A model generated the notes under the pieces. It saw nothing but the letters and a program-made list of their open reading frames with translations. It made no database searches and was not told the DNA's origin. Below are positions 41,901 through 59,299 of a stretch of DNA of 64,000 nt, piece after piece. The stretch's first letter is position 1; the number at the start of each line of letters is the position of its first letter. The translations under genes and the position numbers were made by a program. Source of the stretch: Auanema rhodensis (Eukaryota; Animalia; Nematoda); assembly GCA_964057225.1 (NCBI GenBank), contig OZ059899.1, forward strand, positions 12,834,001-12,898,000, written 5' to 3'.

Positions 41901-42035
41901 ATATATTCCAATAGTTTCGTTGCTTCGAGACCATTTCCCTCTACCTTTCGGCTTTCTGGCGGATCGACTTGAATTTCTAGAGGTCGTTTCATTAGATTCG
42001 GTACCGATTATCGCTTCATCGGTATCAAGACTCAT
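38954..42035 (-). CDS. Uncharacterised multi-exon zinc-finger protein with a possible degenerate MULE-transposase-like C-terminal half
   Basis: The exons I traced join in frame across GT-AG introns. CLLC...HMKAVHP and CYTC...HLKTTYH fingers, Ser-rich linker, then transposase-like motifs (see findings). Last exon uncertain (stop at 38954 or about 39054). Confidence 0.7.
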
Positions 42036-42349
42036 TCTGATAGAAGAAGTATTTTTTGAGATTCAAAGTTTCGTAATCGTTCTTATCACCAATCAAATAA
42101 TATAGAAATTAGTTAAAGATAGTTATGAAGGCTAAACCGAGACTAAAAAATTAAGACTGCATGAAACATGTATTTTTCGGAAGAAAGAAGATTATATACA
42201 AGAAAAACAACACGATAATCTAAAATCTACCGATAATAGAAACATAGAAACATCAAATTATACTCGAGCATGAAGTGACACCAGGATGCCGATAGTTGAG
42301 ATACGTTACCAAAAAAAAAGAAATCAAAACAACCCATAATTGGAAATTT

Positions 42350-46530
<4,181 letters not shown>

Positions 46531-46775
46531 CACCAGGGAACTATAAATAGAATAATAAATATTTAAAACACAATAAAACAAAGATAATATCGGTTTAAAA
46601 CCTTTCAAAAAAAATGCAATTTATATACACCACTTTATATAATTTGAGCATTAATTGATAGACCAGCATAATAGACTAAAGGGTAAAACCTCTCATATCA
46701 CAGGAAAATATAACTTTGAGTTAAATCGACTATAACCATACATAAGTAGCTGTGCTAATCATCTATTACAAGTTA

Positions 46776-48233
46776 TTAAGATGTACCAACGTGAACTTTA
46801 TTACTATTGATCACGGATAGAACAAGTTCATTAAAAGCTTCCGTAGCATCGGCGTATACATGATGACCAGCTCCCCTAATAATCTAAAGCAAACAGATTG
46901 ATGAAACACCCGAAGTACTTCTAACCTGAACATCTACATCAGCTCTTTCAGATTGGATATCGAATGCTGGGCCTGGATCAATCCAGCTTCTGCTTCCATA
47001 AATAAACGTAATCGGAACATTGTCCGCAATGCCATGGAAACTGAACAAAATAACTTTTCTTATTAATAAAATTAACAATCCCAACCGTTTAATCATGGGA
47101 CGTTTGGCCCATCCTAGCTGGAGTGTCATTCGCTTGAATGCAGCCTCACCAGATGGATTTAATGCATTACAATGATATATATAATCATATATATCATCAG
47201 GATTTTCACTCCTATATCTTAATTGCAAATCTGGTCTAAGCTTTTTCACTGCTGTTGGTCCATAGGGCCCAGCAGCTCTCAAAGTAGCCAACGGATTGAA
47301 GTAAGAAAGAACTCGAGCCACAAAATTCATCCAGGGATACGGCGTAATCTACATATCTTTTGTGATTTTTTCAAGGTTCGTAGTTCTCACTTGTTTATCA
47401 TTAGGTAACTGTCGTTCCGGAAAACCCCAAGGATCAACAAGTACAAGATGTTTAACTCTATTTGGATGCTCTAGTGTATATGATGAAGCTAGGTAAGCAC
47501 CTAAATTTCTGGTTATATTTTTTATTAAATTAACATAAATACCAAAAGAATGTGCAACTAAATGCATTTTTTCAATACCCATTCCTTTTCTCCAATCTTC
47601 AATAGATTCAACCATTTCCAATTCCGAAATTGCAGGGTCATTACTGAAGTTAGGTCGGGACGACCTTCCAAAGCCTGAAATAGTAAATACAAATAACGAC
47701 TGGTACATACTATTACCAAGAAGATCAAAGGCATGTACTGTATGTGTTTTTGATAAAGCCTTTAAATTTGCACACCAAATAGCGACTCCCGCTCCGAATC
47801 CGTGCATTAACACTATTGGAATATCAGCTTTTTTATCTTCAGCAGGAGCTGTTATAGTGTACATTTCACTATGATGAAATCGAATCTACAAAAGTTATAT
47901 CCTCAAAAATTATAATCTTGAACTAACAGGAACAAATTTGGAGATTACTTCAGCTCCAAAATTATAAAAAAGGCGCTTCTCTGTTTCCGCAATTTTTTGT
48001 AAAGAAGCTGTACCCCATTGGAACCAGCCTCTATAAATAAAATTGTTTAATTTAAAGTATACTCCAAAGAAAAAACCATATATTAGCTATTTCTCTACTG
48101 TTTTTCCGTATTTTACTACAGAAAATTGATTGAAAAGCATCTAACAAATAACGTTGGAATCATACTACCTGTTCGAATCATCATTCGGAACCACGGCAGG
48201 CGATTCCCTACTTGACAGATCTTCCTTAGTCAT
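46776..48233 (-). CDS. lid-1: ABHD4/ABHD5 (CGI-58)-family alpha/beta hydrolase
   Basis: [56 protein letters not shown]. Symbol also supported by recalled C. elegans linkage with mrpl-43 and aha-1. Confidence 0.8.
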
Positions 48234-48379
48234 TAACTTACAATTTCTGTAAAAACAGATTCAAGTGAATATCCAAACGTGCCGACAGTTTTTTTATAAC
48301 ATTTTAAAAGAATTACTTTCGAAAAAATAGAAAAATAAAGTAAAATTCTCTAGATCTTTAAACCGGATTTTCAAATAAT

Positions 48380-48430
48380 AACTGATTTACCGCGCGCGTA
48401 CGCGCCGCTCGTAATTGAGCGTACGCATTT
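48380..48430. promoter_or_regulatory. CpG-rich core of the bidirectional lid-1/mrpl-43 promoter
   Basis: ACCGCGCGCGTACGCGCCGCTCGTAATTGAGCGTACGC in the 400-bp head-to-head gap, including the inverted repeat CGCTC..GAGCG. Confidence 0.5.
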
Positions 48431-48635
48431 GAACGATAGGGCAAACGATGCTGAAACTTTTTCTTAATTTATGCTAATTAATAAATTCAAAATTTATTCG
48501 TCGTGAGGAGAAAAAAAATAGCTTTTTCTTAATTGCATGCATATGAACAAGTTTTTTATTTGTTATTGTCTTACAGTCTTACAGTCTTTATTTCTATTTG
48601 TGTTTAAGTTCTAATGATTTCCTATTATAGATAAC

Positions 48636-49427
48636 ATGCCTGCTCAGCCCAGAGTTGATAGAATAAAAACTATCTATTCGGCTGCTAAAGCATTAAATTA
48701 TGGTTGGAGATTCACAGATTTCTTAAAAACTCCAGCTCACAATGGTGTTTCAAAATATGTCCCTCAATTGCATAGAATAACTTTCCGATTCTGTAAGCAG
48801 AGTGAGAGCAGTGTAGGAATGAGAAACTTTTTAGAAAAGAAAATGTTTGCATTAGGTTAGTTCATTCTTCATATTTTCATATTGTATTGAGGAACATTTA
48901 GGACAAGAAAGGCCATCTGTGGTTGTATACGCTCAGCCTGTAAGGAATACAAATCCTGTTATTCGAGCCGAGTATGGCAACGGAAGGGTTATTCAAATCA
49001 ATGCTAAAAATCTTTCGATTGCTGACATAGAGAAAGATATAAATCTTTTGTATTCCCGTTCAGGAGAACCAGTAGTCAAGTTAGAAAGTAGACAAACTTC
49101 CGCCGTACCATCTGTTCAAGTTAGTTTCTTTTTGACACATTTTTTTAACTCACCTATGAATCAGTTTGTGGAAATATGCAACCAGTGATTATGCTTGTGA
49201 ATTGAAAAATTAAATCAATTAGATTAGATATTCACATCACTTTCGAATATGTTTTTTTTAAGTATTTGTTCATGTTCTTATTTCAGGGTGAATGGACCCC
49301 CGTGACATGGCTACCAACACGGATGAACGTCGCAGAATTACCTGACGCTGATTTTGCCCAGAAAAAGACCTGTGAGGTGTCAGCAACAGAATATATTTTA
49401 AAGCAAAGCAAACAGACATCTATTTAG
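48636..49427 (+). CDS. mrpl-43: Mitochondrial ribosomal protein mL43
   Basis: HNGVSKYVPQLHRITFRFCKQSESSVGMRNFLE, PVIRAEYGNG, PSVQ|GEWTP. 3 exons. Confidence 0.92.
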
Positions 49428-49476
49428 ATTAGTGAATGAATTCATTATTATTAAATTTATAATACAATGCTTATTA

Positions 49477-51650
49477 TCACACATGAGAAAATGATTGATC
49501 CCATTGTGGCCAAGCGGAAGCATCGCGGGCTCCTTCAGGTCTCCACTCGCTTTGCTGTGAATTAAATTCTGTTGTACCCTGAGGGTACACGGCTCCTTCT
49601 TGCCATGTGGAATCATCACTATTTATTATTTGATGTGTAGCAACCACGTATTCAAAAACTTCGGAGTACGGATTCAGAAATTTGTAGGCAGAAATAGAGC
49701 AAGGCAAGTAGTCGGTACTGGTCCTTATCCGTACACTTAATCTTATTTGTTGATCTCTGAAAAAAAAAGGTAAATTCTTCAAAAAGCGTAAATGTACGAA
49801 CCTCATCAGAGTATTGAAACCATCCCGAAGAGTTTGCTCATCTGCAGGATGTGCTAATTGCCACCAAAAACCACCAAGCAATTGATCAACACTAAGACCA
49901 AGCAAGTTGGTGGCTCTTGAATCGATGAAAGTCATCTTGCCATCCTCGGCAACTCGAACAGAAAATTGAGTAGAAGCAGTGGGGTCTGTGCACATGGGCA
50001 TAGATGCAACCTACAACGGAATAAATTAATTGAAACTCTGAGAAATTTATAAATACTTGTAAACGAGCAATGGCTACCAAGCAGGATGAAGTAGCACCTT
50101 CAAGACCAGAGGGGGGAGTATTTTTAATGTAACCAGTACAATGCATAACCACATAGTTTTGCCCTTAAAATGTTTTGTATTAAAGAGGAAACGCAGATGT
50201 ATTTAAACCTCCGTGTTGGAATATTGGTCTTCGGTTTCGTATCCTATGTAAAGGTTCTAAAGAGCCTACTTTCATTCGGCAAATGAAACCTCGACGACAG
50301 CTCATATGTACACGAGAGGAAGAAGAGCCTTCCCTTTTTACTGCTCCTGAAGTACATAAAGATTAAAAACAGAAAAATATTAGATTATTCACCTGTTTTG
50401 AGATCTAAAACTTTATTTATAGCTACTTCCCCGCCACATAATTGATCACGAATTTTTTCTTGGTCATCTGGGTGAATTAAATCGCTAAGGTTATGATGCA
50501 GCCAATCTTCCTAAATACGCAAATGTTAATAAAACAGCCAAAACAAAATATAAAACTATGAATGAATAAGGCTTACCTGCTTCAAGTTCAGCACAGGCTG
50601 GATAGAATCAGCAACATATAGAATTCTACCTGTTTGACAACATACAACAAATAAAAATCCATTAGCAGCTTCAAGAATTAAATGCTTAAGTTCCTGATCA
50701 GATAAAAATGATGGCTTATAAGATGTTTCATCCTATAATACAAACAATAAACTAATCAAGACAATAAATTGAATTAATAATTTGTCAGATAATAACGTAC
50801 TGTGTGTGGTCCACGAATTTGTTTCATATGAGAAACTGCCATTCTTAATATAGTTAGCTTATCAGGTTTTCTGCCTAAAGCAGCACATTGCGGAACCATT
50901 TCAGCTAATTCATTAATGTAATGAGTCATTTTATTTCTTCGTCTTCGTTCAATCTTAAAACATTAAAATACAAAAAAATCAAAATTTAAAAAATCTTACT
51001 TCACTATGGTTTTCTCTGGCAAACCGCTCTTTATTTTCACCCATATCATCACCTTCCATTCGGGCATACTTGCCCGGAGGCATACCCATGTCATCGTCTT
51101 CCATGCTGAAATACACAAATTAACGATTACTCCATCAACAAAAAATAAAGAAAACATGAACAATTAGATTGATTAAGGTCGGTAATGTCATTAAAAGAAG
51201 GCACAGCTGAAAACTCTTTCAAAAAAAGGCGATAAGCTCGTTCACGTATCGATTTCTGACCGTTTTCGGCCAACTAGGCTAGCTCAAACTGTAGTGTGGT
51301 ATTCACAGAGAACGGAACGCAAACACAGCGAAGGCCAGTATGTTTATTCTCATTGCATAAGTAGGTGACGCTCAATATTCTTCTCATTGTCACCAATTTC
51401 TATTTCCGATAACATGCACATAATAAGAAACATATTTTAAGGAAAATGAGAAAAACGATTGTCAACTAGTATTAGTGCAGTATTATGTATAATTCATACG
51501 GCTAGACGCTCAGTAGGGGATTAACCGTCAAGGTACAACATACTAATCCAAGGACATCGCCTTGTCGGTATGAGGATTAAAATTAATAAACAAAGAGAAG
51601 AACTACCTTCCAGTGGGCTGCCATTGCTCCAAGTACGGCTCTTGATTCAT
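49477..51650 (-). CDS. aha-1: ARNT/HIF-1beta bHLH-PAS transcription factor
   Basis: [13 protein letters not shown]|[76 protein letters not shown]. Confidence 0.95.
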
Positions 51651-52393
51651 TTTTAAAATAAGATATAGCTTAAGGCAAGACGGACACGAAGATCAGGTAC
51701 GGTTTGGTAGGGAAAAAAGCCCCCACCTGCTCTGGGTAAAGGCCGCTATGCAAACTGAGGAGAGCACGCTAGTTGTCTGCGCTCTCTTCTTCCTTATTTC
51801 ACACTAATCAATAAAGGAAGGCGCCGTATGGCGACATACTCATTTGGTTATGGGCATCAAGATTGACCATCATCAAAGCAACAACCATTGGTGGTCAGGC
51901 AATTGAACCTAGTATGACTAGCAAAGCAAGAAAGCAGCTGGACCCATATTTTACAAACATACGGAAACACAAGACTAAATAATTGAAAGAGAGAAGACAG
52001 AGTACGAGATAGAAAGAGAAATTGTGTGAGAGAGTGGAGTCGCATGGTAGTGATGATGCTGTCTAATGACTGATGAAACTTGATTGTAAAGTGAAGAGAG
52101 GCTTTGTATCAAGTGCAAAAATATCGCATGATGACATCAGAAGGTAATTTGTAAGCCTGTTAAATGAATAAATGAAAAACAGCTGAAGTTTACTTTGTAG
52201 ATATTCGTTTTTATTTTGAATTTGTTTTATTTACTACCAGTATGTGACAATAAGAAATGGGCGTTTCTTCGTGTAAACAATCAACACTTCCTAGTTCGGT
52301 CAAAACAAGGAAAATTTAAAAAAAAAAAAGCTGAACTTTCTTTAAACTTTAAACTTTGCGTATATATGCGTGACACTTGACAAATAAATGTTC

Positions 52394-53231
52394 CTAATCA
52401 CAAATCGAAGATTCAATGATATCAAGAGTAACGTCGGTTTCACTGACAGGAACATGATCAACTATCTGACTCTTTAGGCCCAACCCAACTAATTTTGGCA
52501 TTTTTCCGAATTTCTCCTTATGTTCCCACAAGAATCTGTCGTAAAATCCCTGAAAAGCATAAGAGTTTAATTTGATACCTCTGCATTCTTAGAATCTCAC
52601 CATCCCATGCCCCAATCTGTGTCCATCCTTTGTAAATGCGACACCTGGCAACAGCACTAAATCCAATGGACCTTAAATGGGGCTGTGAGACTAAGACATA
52701 CAGTATGGCAATTATTTTATGTTTTCTATACAATTTTTTCTCGTAGAGTTAGTTAGCTATAACTAACCAGATTCATAATATTCAGGCCAATCACAATCAT
52801 TCGGTGGTTGCCTGATATTCCATAAAACAGTTGACAGATTTTGGAATCCTTCCGGCGATACTCGAAGCATTCTCATTCTCTTTTCTCCCTTTTTGAACTT
52901 AATTCATTAAGTTATGCAATATATGTATAGTCTACTCAAACTTGAGGTATGAAAACTTCCTTTCCGAGCTCAAAACATAAATTTATAATGGGGTCGGTCA
53001 TAACTTCTCCAGAAGTATTTACATATACTGATACCCGTTTGCTATTTAAAAACAATTCTGATTTAGATACCTTAAAGAAGCTTAAAGATAGTAGTATCTA
53101 CTTCAACTAACTTTCTCGTAAACTACTTTACTTTCTTTTTCAATATCTTGTTCCGATAATTGTGAGAGAATACCAGCAATATGCTTCCTCATTTCTTTCT
53201 TCAATAGACTCAAAGATTCAGATGACGCCAT
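52394..53231 (-). CDS. 5-formyltetrahydrofolate cyclo-ligase (MTHFS)
   Basis: KKEMRKHI, VSVYVNTSGEVMTDPII, WNIRQP, LDLVLLPGVAFTKDGHRLGHGM|GFYDRFL, VPVSETDVTLD. Confidence 0.92.
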
Positions 53232-53650
53232 CTTCAAACTCATCAGCTTAAATTGAAATCTTTTATGAAAAGTTGAGAAGAATATAGTCGCTGCATAAGT
53301 ATGAAAGAAATAAAGAAAGGTAAATGTTAACAGACAAAGAAAATGGAGATAAATTGAAGAAAAGTTATGATATGAATGAAAAAAAAGAAGATAAACCTGT
53401 TTTGGCAAAGAAAAACAGCATATACATGAAGTGAATTGATACGATTAGATGTGTTACAGCTTTGAGCACCGTCAATAAACAATTGCATGACATGTTTTTA
53501 CCATTACCCCTAAATGGCAAATGACAAAATATCAACCGGTGATATAAAAAATATATAAATTGTACAGAAAACATATCAATAAAGCTGGGAAGGAATGAGA
53601 AGATGTAGCAATAGCTATGTACAGTATGAGATTTTTTAGAAATATATTAA

Positions 53651-56600
53651 TTAGGGACAGTCCAGATGTGGCTTCAACCAGTTGAAGTCACTTGGCAAAT
53701 CCGGAACAGGCATGCTTGTTTGAGGTTGAGGAACATCCAACAAACGAAGACGCAACTCAATGTTCAGTAGCTTATCCACCAAACGGTTTGCATCATGACT
53801 AAACAACAAACTTATTTATTATAATACCGTACGGTTATCAATGATATTTACCTTAGAAGCCCCTTTTCAATCAAATGCTTCAGTCCATCGACCCACATTA
53901 ATAATGGCTTATCAGATGAAGAAGAAGCAGAGATTATATCATCATTTTTCAGTCGAATACGAAGACCACGCAGGGCGCCTCCCTTTCTGATAGTTGCCGA
54001 CCCATCATTGCCCCATGGCACATCCACAATATCTTTTATAGAAACTGAAATATCAGCAAATCTTTGCTATTTCAGGCTTATACACGAATACCTTTCTTAA
54101 CAGCTCCAACATGTGATAATCCTTCTATATATGGATCATTATCAGTTTCAGTCATAGTAATAAATTTTTCGGCCTGGTCTAATTTCCAAAACCAGTATTG
54201 ATCTGACAGTAAAAACCGTTTAGACAACAACTTGTGACTTCAATCACCTTTGTGAGCTGCTTTGCCCTTGACAAGACGTTTAAAAGTAAACCCTTGCTTC
54301 ATAAAATTTTTCCGATTCTGAATAACAAGAGTCTCGATAGATGGAGTAAGTAATCGTCGAAGTTCACTGAATATTAAACATAGGCGATGTTGCAACGTTG
54401 TCTCAGACTAACCTAACAATCTCAGAAGACAATTGATCATGCTCTTTCATAATCTCTTCTTTTTTCCATAATTCTTGGATTTTCCAATACGAAAGGTTTT
54501 GAAGAGAATCATTCAATACAACCAATGAGATTGGTCTCTGTTCCACACATCTCCAAAGCTGTTCGCGAACAACTTTGCCTACCTAAACATGAGGGAAATT
54601 TGTTAATAGCATTATATGAGCACAACCTTCTGTAGCTCTCCTTGAGAAGCATGCATCTCTCTCCAAGTTCGATGGAACAGTTGAACAACAGAATGGAAAA
54701 GAGAATCTATTGGACTATCCAGAGTATACAGAAGTTCAATTAAATGCTCGACGCAATTATCGTCTGAAAAATAATTCTTCAAAGATGTCGAAAACCCCCC
54801 GCACAACCTGTTGGAATAACAGACAAGAGCTCACAGACTATTGTTAAACACTGAATACATAGTGGAATGAATTGCCATCCACTTCCTTCTACTCTCATAG
54901 CATTTTCGGATAACAGCTGAAGTTATTTGGACTTGGTCAGACCTTAAATTGTTTTTCAAATATGAGTAGAACTTACAATCTTGATATCTTCTTCGTTGTT
55001 GTTGTAGTAGCGAGACAATACGTTTAAAGCTAATCTACCCAAGCCACTTGCTTTCAAGAGTTCTAAGTCATTGGTGGTTTTGCAATCAGAAAATTGCAAA
55101 ATTTCAGAATCCTGTAAGATTTCAGATATATTTGCTGTTTTTAAATAAGATTATAAACCAATAACTTCCTAAACTCTTCGTCTTTGCAATCTGACTTCAT
55201 AAGTTCAGTTTGTTCCTCTAAAATTAGTCTTTGAAGTGGAAGCAGTTGATCAATTAGTGAACGCTCTCGTGCTCTGCCTGTTCTCAGGACTGAGCCGGCA
55301 ATAGCCGCTCGAAATGGCTTCGACGATAAATGCTAAAGACCATTGTTATTTGCTGTTTATGGAATTTACTCATGTACTTTGACAATTTCACGTTTTCCCT
55401 GATCTCCGCTGTTCTTGTGAAGAGCATTCATTACTGATAAAGCCGCTAAATTGACACGTTCATCTGATTTTTCCAAATGTCTAATAAGTGCTTCAACTTT
55501 CACAGAAGATAGAACACAATTTCGAGTTTGTTCTCTAAATTAACGTTAAACGTAGAAAATGAGTTAAATGGCTAAATTACCCATCACAATTTACGAGATT
55601 TTCAATCATTTGCAAAGCAATAACAACTGTGTTAGGATCTTCCAGCTTAGCTCCTCCTGACAAATGATAACATAAAACATGATTGAAGCTAATTTGAAAC
55701 AAACCAGTCACATAATTAGCTAATTGATCTATTAAATCTTGAGGAACTTCTGTCCAGCTGATATTATTGACATTTTGGTCGAGCATTGAGCGAAGAGCAT
55801 GCAAAAGATTGCACAGCATACTTGTGCTACTGAAATCATTTTGTGAGAACATAAACATGAAGAACATAGAGATTGTGATATCATGTGTAGGTTTTGACGT
55901 AATATGTAAATTTGAAACAGGAACGTGTGAGAGACTTATTTTCAATTTCGATTTCCAGATACCGGTTGCATTACAAATATAAATTATACACTACTTACCT
56001 CTTAATTCTCTCTGATTTTAGAAGATCATACAGCAATGTTATGCTACTCGATTGGTAGAATGCTTCAATAAAGCATTGGTCCTGAAAATTCAAAGTATAA
56101 TAAGAACCATAAAACGAAATATTTGACACCTTAGCAAGATTAACAAGCTTGCCAATTGCCCATTCATATTTTTTCGTTTCACTTGTTGCGAGAATGGATT
56201 TCAAACGATTAACATAATGAGCCTAGAAATATTTCAACACAATGCTCTAAACTTGTTGGAACTACCGGAGAAGCAGTAATAGTTAACATGAAACCGTGAA
56301 CAACTCTATCTATATTTGAAGATGTAAGGAAAAAACGAGGATCCTCAAATGCTAAAGCATATTCCTCGCCTAAAGGTAATTTCAACTCTGTTGACACATT
56401 AGCGATAACTTCCGATAAATTGTTCTTCTAGAGTTTCAAATTTAATTAACGAAACCAAAAATGTTCTCGAGCAACCTGTTTATCGATAGTTATAAATGCT
56501 GCATCAGGGGCGGCATCAAAAGTTACTGAAGTATTCCATTCTGATATGCTTGAATCCACAGTCACAGCTCCCTATACAGCGATTAAGAATGACTTTTCAC

Positions 56601-56691
56601 TGTGAATTGGATGATATGTTACCTTTACAACATGATCAGGAAGCTTAATATCAACAGGATTAAGTGCCTTGACCGGCACATTAAATGACAT
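53651..56691 (-). CDS. ced-12: ELMO engulfment and cell-motility protein
   Basis: ELMO domain (FHRTWREMHASQGELQK), PH region (NFMKQGFTFK...YWFWKLD), ELRLRLLDVP..PVPDLPSDF C-terminus. Confidence 0.88.
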
Positions 56692-57471
56692 CTATGACAA
56701 TATAAAGTAATTACTTGTTTCCTACGACGTACGATAAATATTTTTCCTGATCAAACCGATATAAAAACAAACATTAAAATCATATAGACAAAATTTATTG
56801 CAATTTCGCGAAATGCCGACAATGAAACTTAAATATATATAACACATAGAATGATGAATCAATCTCGACATGAAAATTAAGAACAAATCACGTGATAGTG
56901 AGTCGAATAGAATAGGTAGAAATTTGGATCATTAAGAAGTAAAATCTGTTTACGAAATAGAAAATAGATCAGTAAGTTTTATACGAAGAACACGACTAAA
57001 TTTTAGAAAAACCGAGGCACTAGTCCCGGATAGCTCGAAAAATCATAGGTATATAACAAACCGTGGGAAGATAGGCTACTTTAACAGATTAGAAAGATTT
57101 TAATTCTGTTTCAATCCCCGATCATCACTTGACCACCGATGATTTTCGAGAGGCACTGTAAGTAATCGGCTATTTAACAAACAACTTATGCATAGCAAAA
57201 GGACAGAATTGGGCTATTATAACTAATCGTAAAGAGAGGAGCAACAAATACACGCACTTAAAGAACACAGAGACGCGCATGCTTCTGCGCTCGTAAATAA
57301 TTTAACAACGATCTTCGCTTCAAAAAAAAGTGCTGGCTTAAATCAGTGTGAAAAAAGAATTATGAAAAAGGAAAGTGAGCGTCTGAACCAAAACCCACAG
57401 AACGACGGTGTTAGCAGATTCGCGATAAAGACTAAGGTTATATATAGAGCTATATTCCCCAGCTGGAGTTA

Positions 57472-59175
57472 TCATTTCTGGGCATTCTGACTAGCGGGGA
57501 CCTTCCGCCTACGTCTGCGGAAACAGCAGCATTTAACTTCGCCAGACTGTGCATCAGCGCGTTCGCCTGTTCGTCCCGTTTCTTCAATACCTTCACCAGC
57601 ATTAGAATTTATTACCTGAAACAAGATGGAGATTAGATAAGTAAAACAAGTGTGAATGATAGTAAATCATGATTTCATTTTTGGCTCTATACATACCTGA
57701 GTCGACCCGAAAGGATGAGTAGATTGGTGATTAGGTTTAAGAACATCTGCACGATCTAAAGTATTAATAGATAAAACAATCATAAGATGATTAAATATAC
57801 ACCTTTCTTACTTTCTTTAGTTTCAGAAGTGTGCAATGAACCTGACGGCGTTGACTAAATGACAGGAAGTATTATGAAGACCTGATAAACAGTAATCTTA
57901 CCACATTGTTGAGTTTTGGAGTCCAGTCAAATTCATAATCATATTGGGCACCTAATCTATCAAGAACAGCTTTGAAAAGACTGAAACAATAGTCATAATC
58001 TGGTGTTTCAAAGAAGTCCAGTCGTCTAGCATAGCGGAGGTATTGAGCAAATTCATCTAAAGATTATCAACGTCAGACAAATGTAACCCAATTCAGCACT
58101 ACAAACCTGGAAATCCTTCGCATAAAACTTCCACTGCTGTTTGTCTCTTTGTGTCTCCAATTTTTTGATAACGCTCTTTAAGAGTATCGGCCTGCAATAA
58201 GATGTTGTAGATGAAAACCGAAACGTTATTGTAAGAATACCTTTAATCCTTGCCATGGTAAACTTCCTCTCAAAAAATACATAAACATGTGTCCCAATGC
58301 TTCTAAGTCATCACGCCTAGACTGCTCCTTACCCAAGTGGGTATTGATGGACATATACCTCGCAGTACCAGTCAATGATTTGTGTTCTCGATAAGCAATA
58401 TGCTTTCCTGAACATGGATGGGCCATGGATGAAACCAAATAACTCAAGTTCAAACCTGTGTCACAATCGATATATTCCTTAGCTAAACCGAAATCTATAA
58501 TATGAAGGATGTGCTGCTTTCTTGTTGAATATCGGCCAATCAAAAAGTTCTCGGGTTTCACATCACGGTATATCAAATGCTTTGTATGTACATATTCTAT
58601 TCGACGAATCTGAATCAATGGTATAGATCATATCAGAACTTAGATGGTCATCTTACCAGTTGCATTGCAATCATAGCAACTGTTTTTAAGGAAAAATGCC
58701 GGTCACAGAGATCAAACAAATCTTCCAAAGAGTGCCCGAGTAGTTCCATAACTAGAGCATTATATTTGCCACAAGGACCAAAATAATGTACTTGAGGAAG
58801 TCCCTCTGGAAAGGAAAAACAACGTAATTCAAGAAAGGCAGTGAAACAATCTCACCAGCTTGACCGAGAAGCTTATAAAACCGGTATTCTAAATGCAACT
58901 GTGGAGCTTTGCTTTTCATTGGTTCAAGTTTAATAGCAACATGCTCATTATTATATAAATTTTTCCCAAGTCGTAATTCTCCAAAATTACCACATCCTAT
59001 CTTTTTGCCAACCTGAACATAACAATACTTAGTAATGAGATTGAAAGACACATCATTAATTTGCTAAAACGAGGAGACAAGTTACCTTGAAATTGGGTCC
59101 AACCATCAAAACACCCTGGTTACTGGTATTTGCCGCACCAGAACCCGAAGAACTAGGGCCTCTTGCATTTGTCAT
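57472..59175 (-). CDS. csnk-1: Casein kinase 1 gamma
   Basis: VLMVGPNFK|[55 protein letters not shown]-terminal palmitoylation motif [11 protein letters not shown]. Confidence 0.97.
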
Positions 59176-59299
59176 TGCTGCTGGAGCCCAATGAGATAGC
59201 CCTGATAATAGAGCTTGACGTGGACGGAGGCCTGTTGACGTTCGCCTAAAATCGTTACAAATAGAAAAAAAGAACATTATGAATCAGACGAAGCGGACT

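Noticed and set aside
48078-48116. Possible poison mini-exon in lid-1 intron 1
   Set aside because: Weak splice sites; the direct exon 1 to next-exon splice keeps the frame without it.
52070-52100. CTGATGA followed by a short stem, hammerhead-like
   Set aside because: The required GAAA is GAAG and no stems I/III form. The CTGATGA hits at about 21892 and 53245 also fail.
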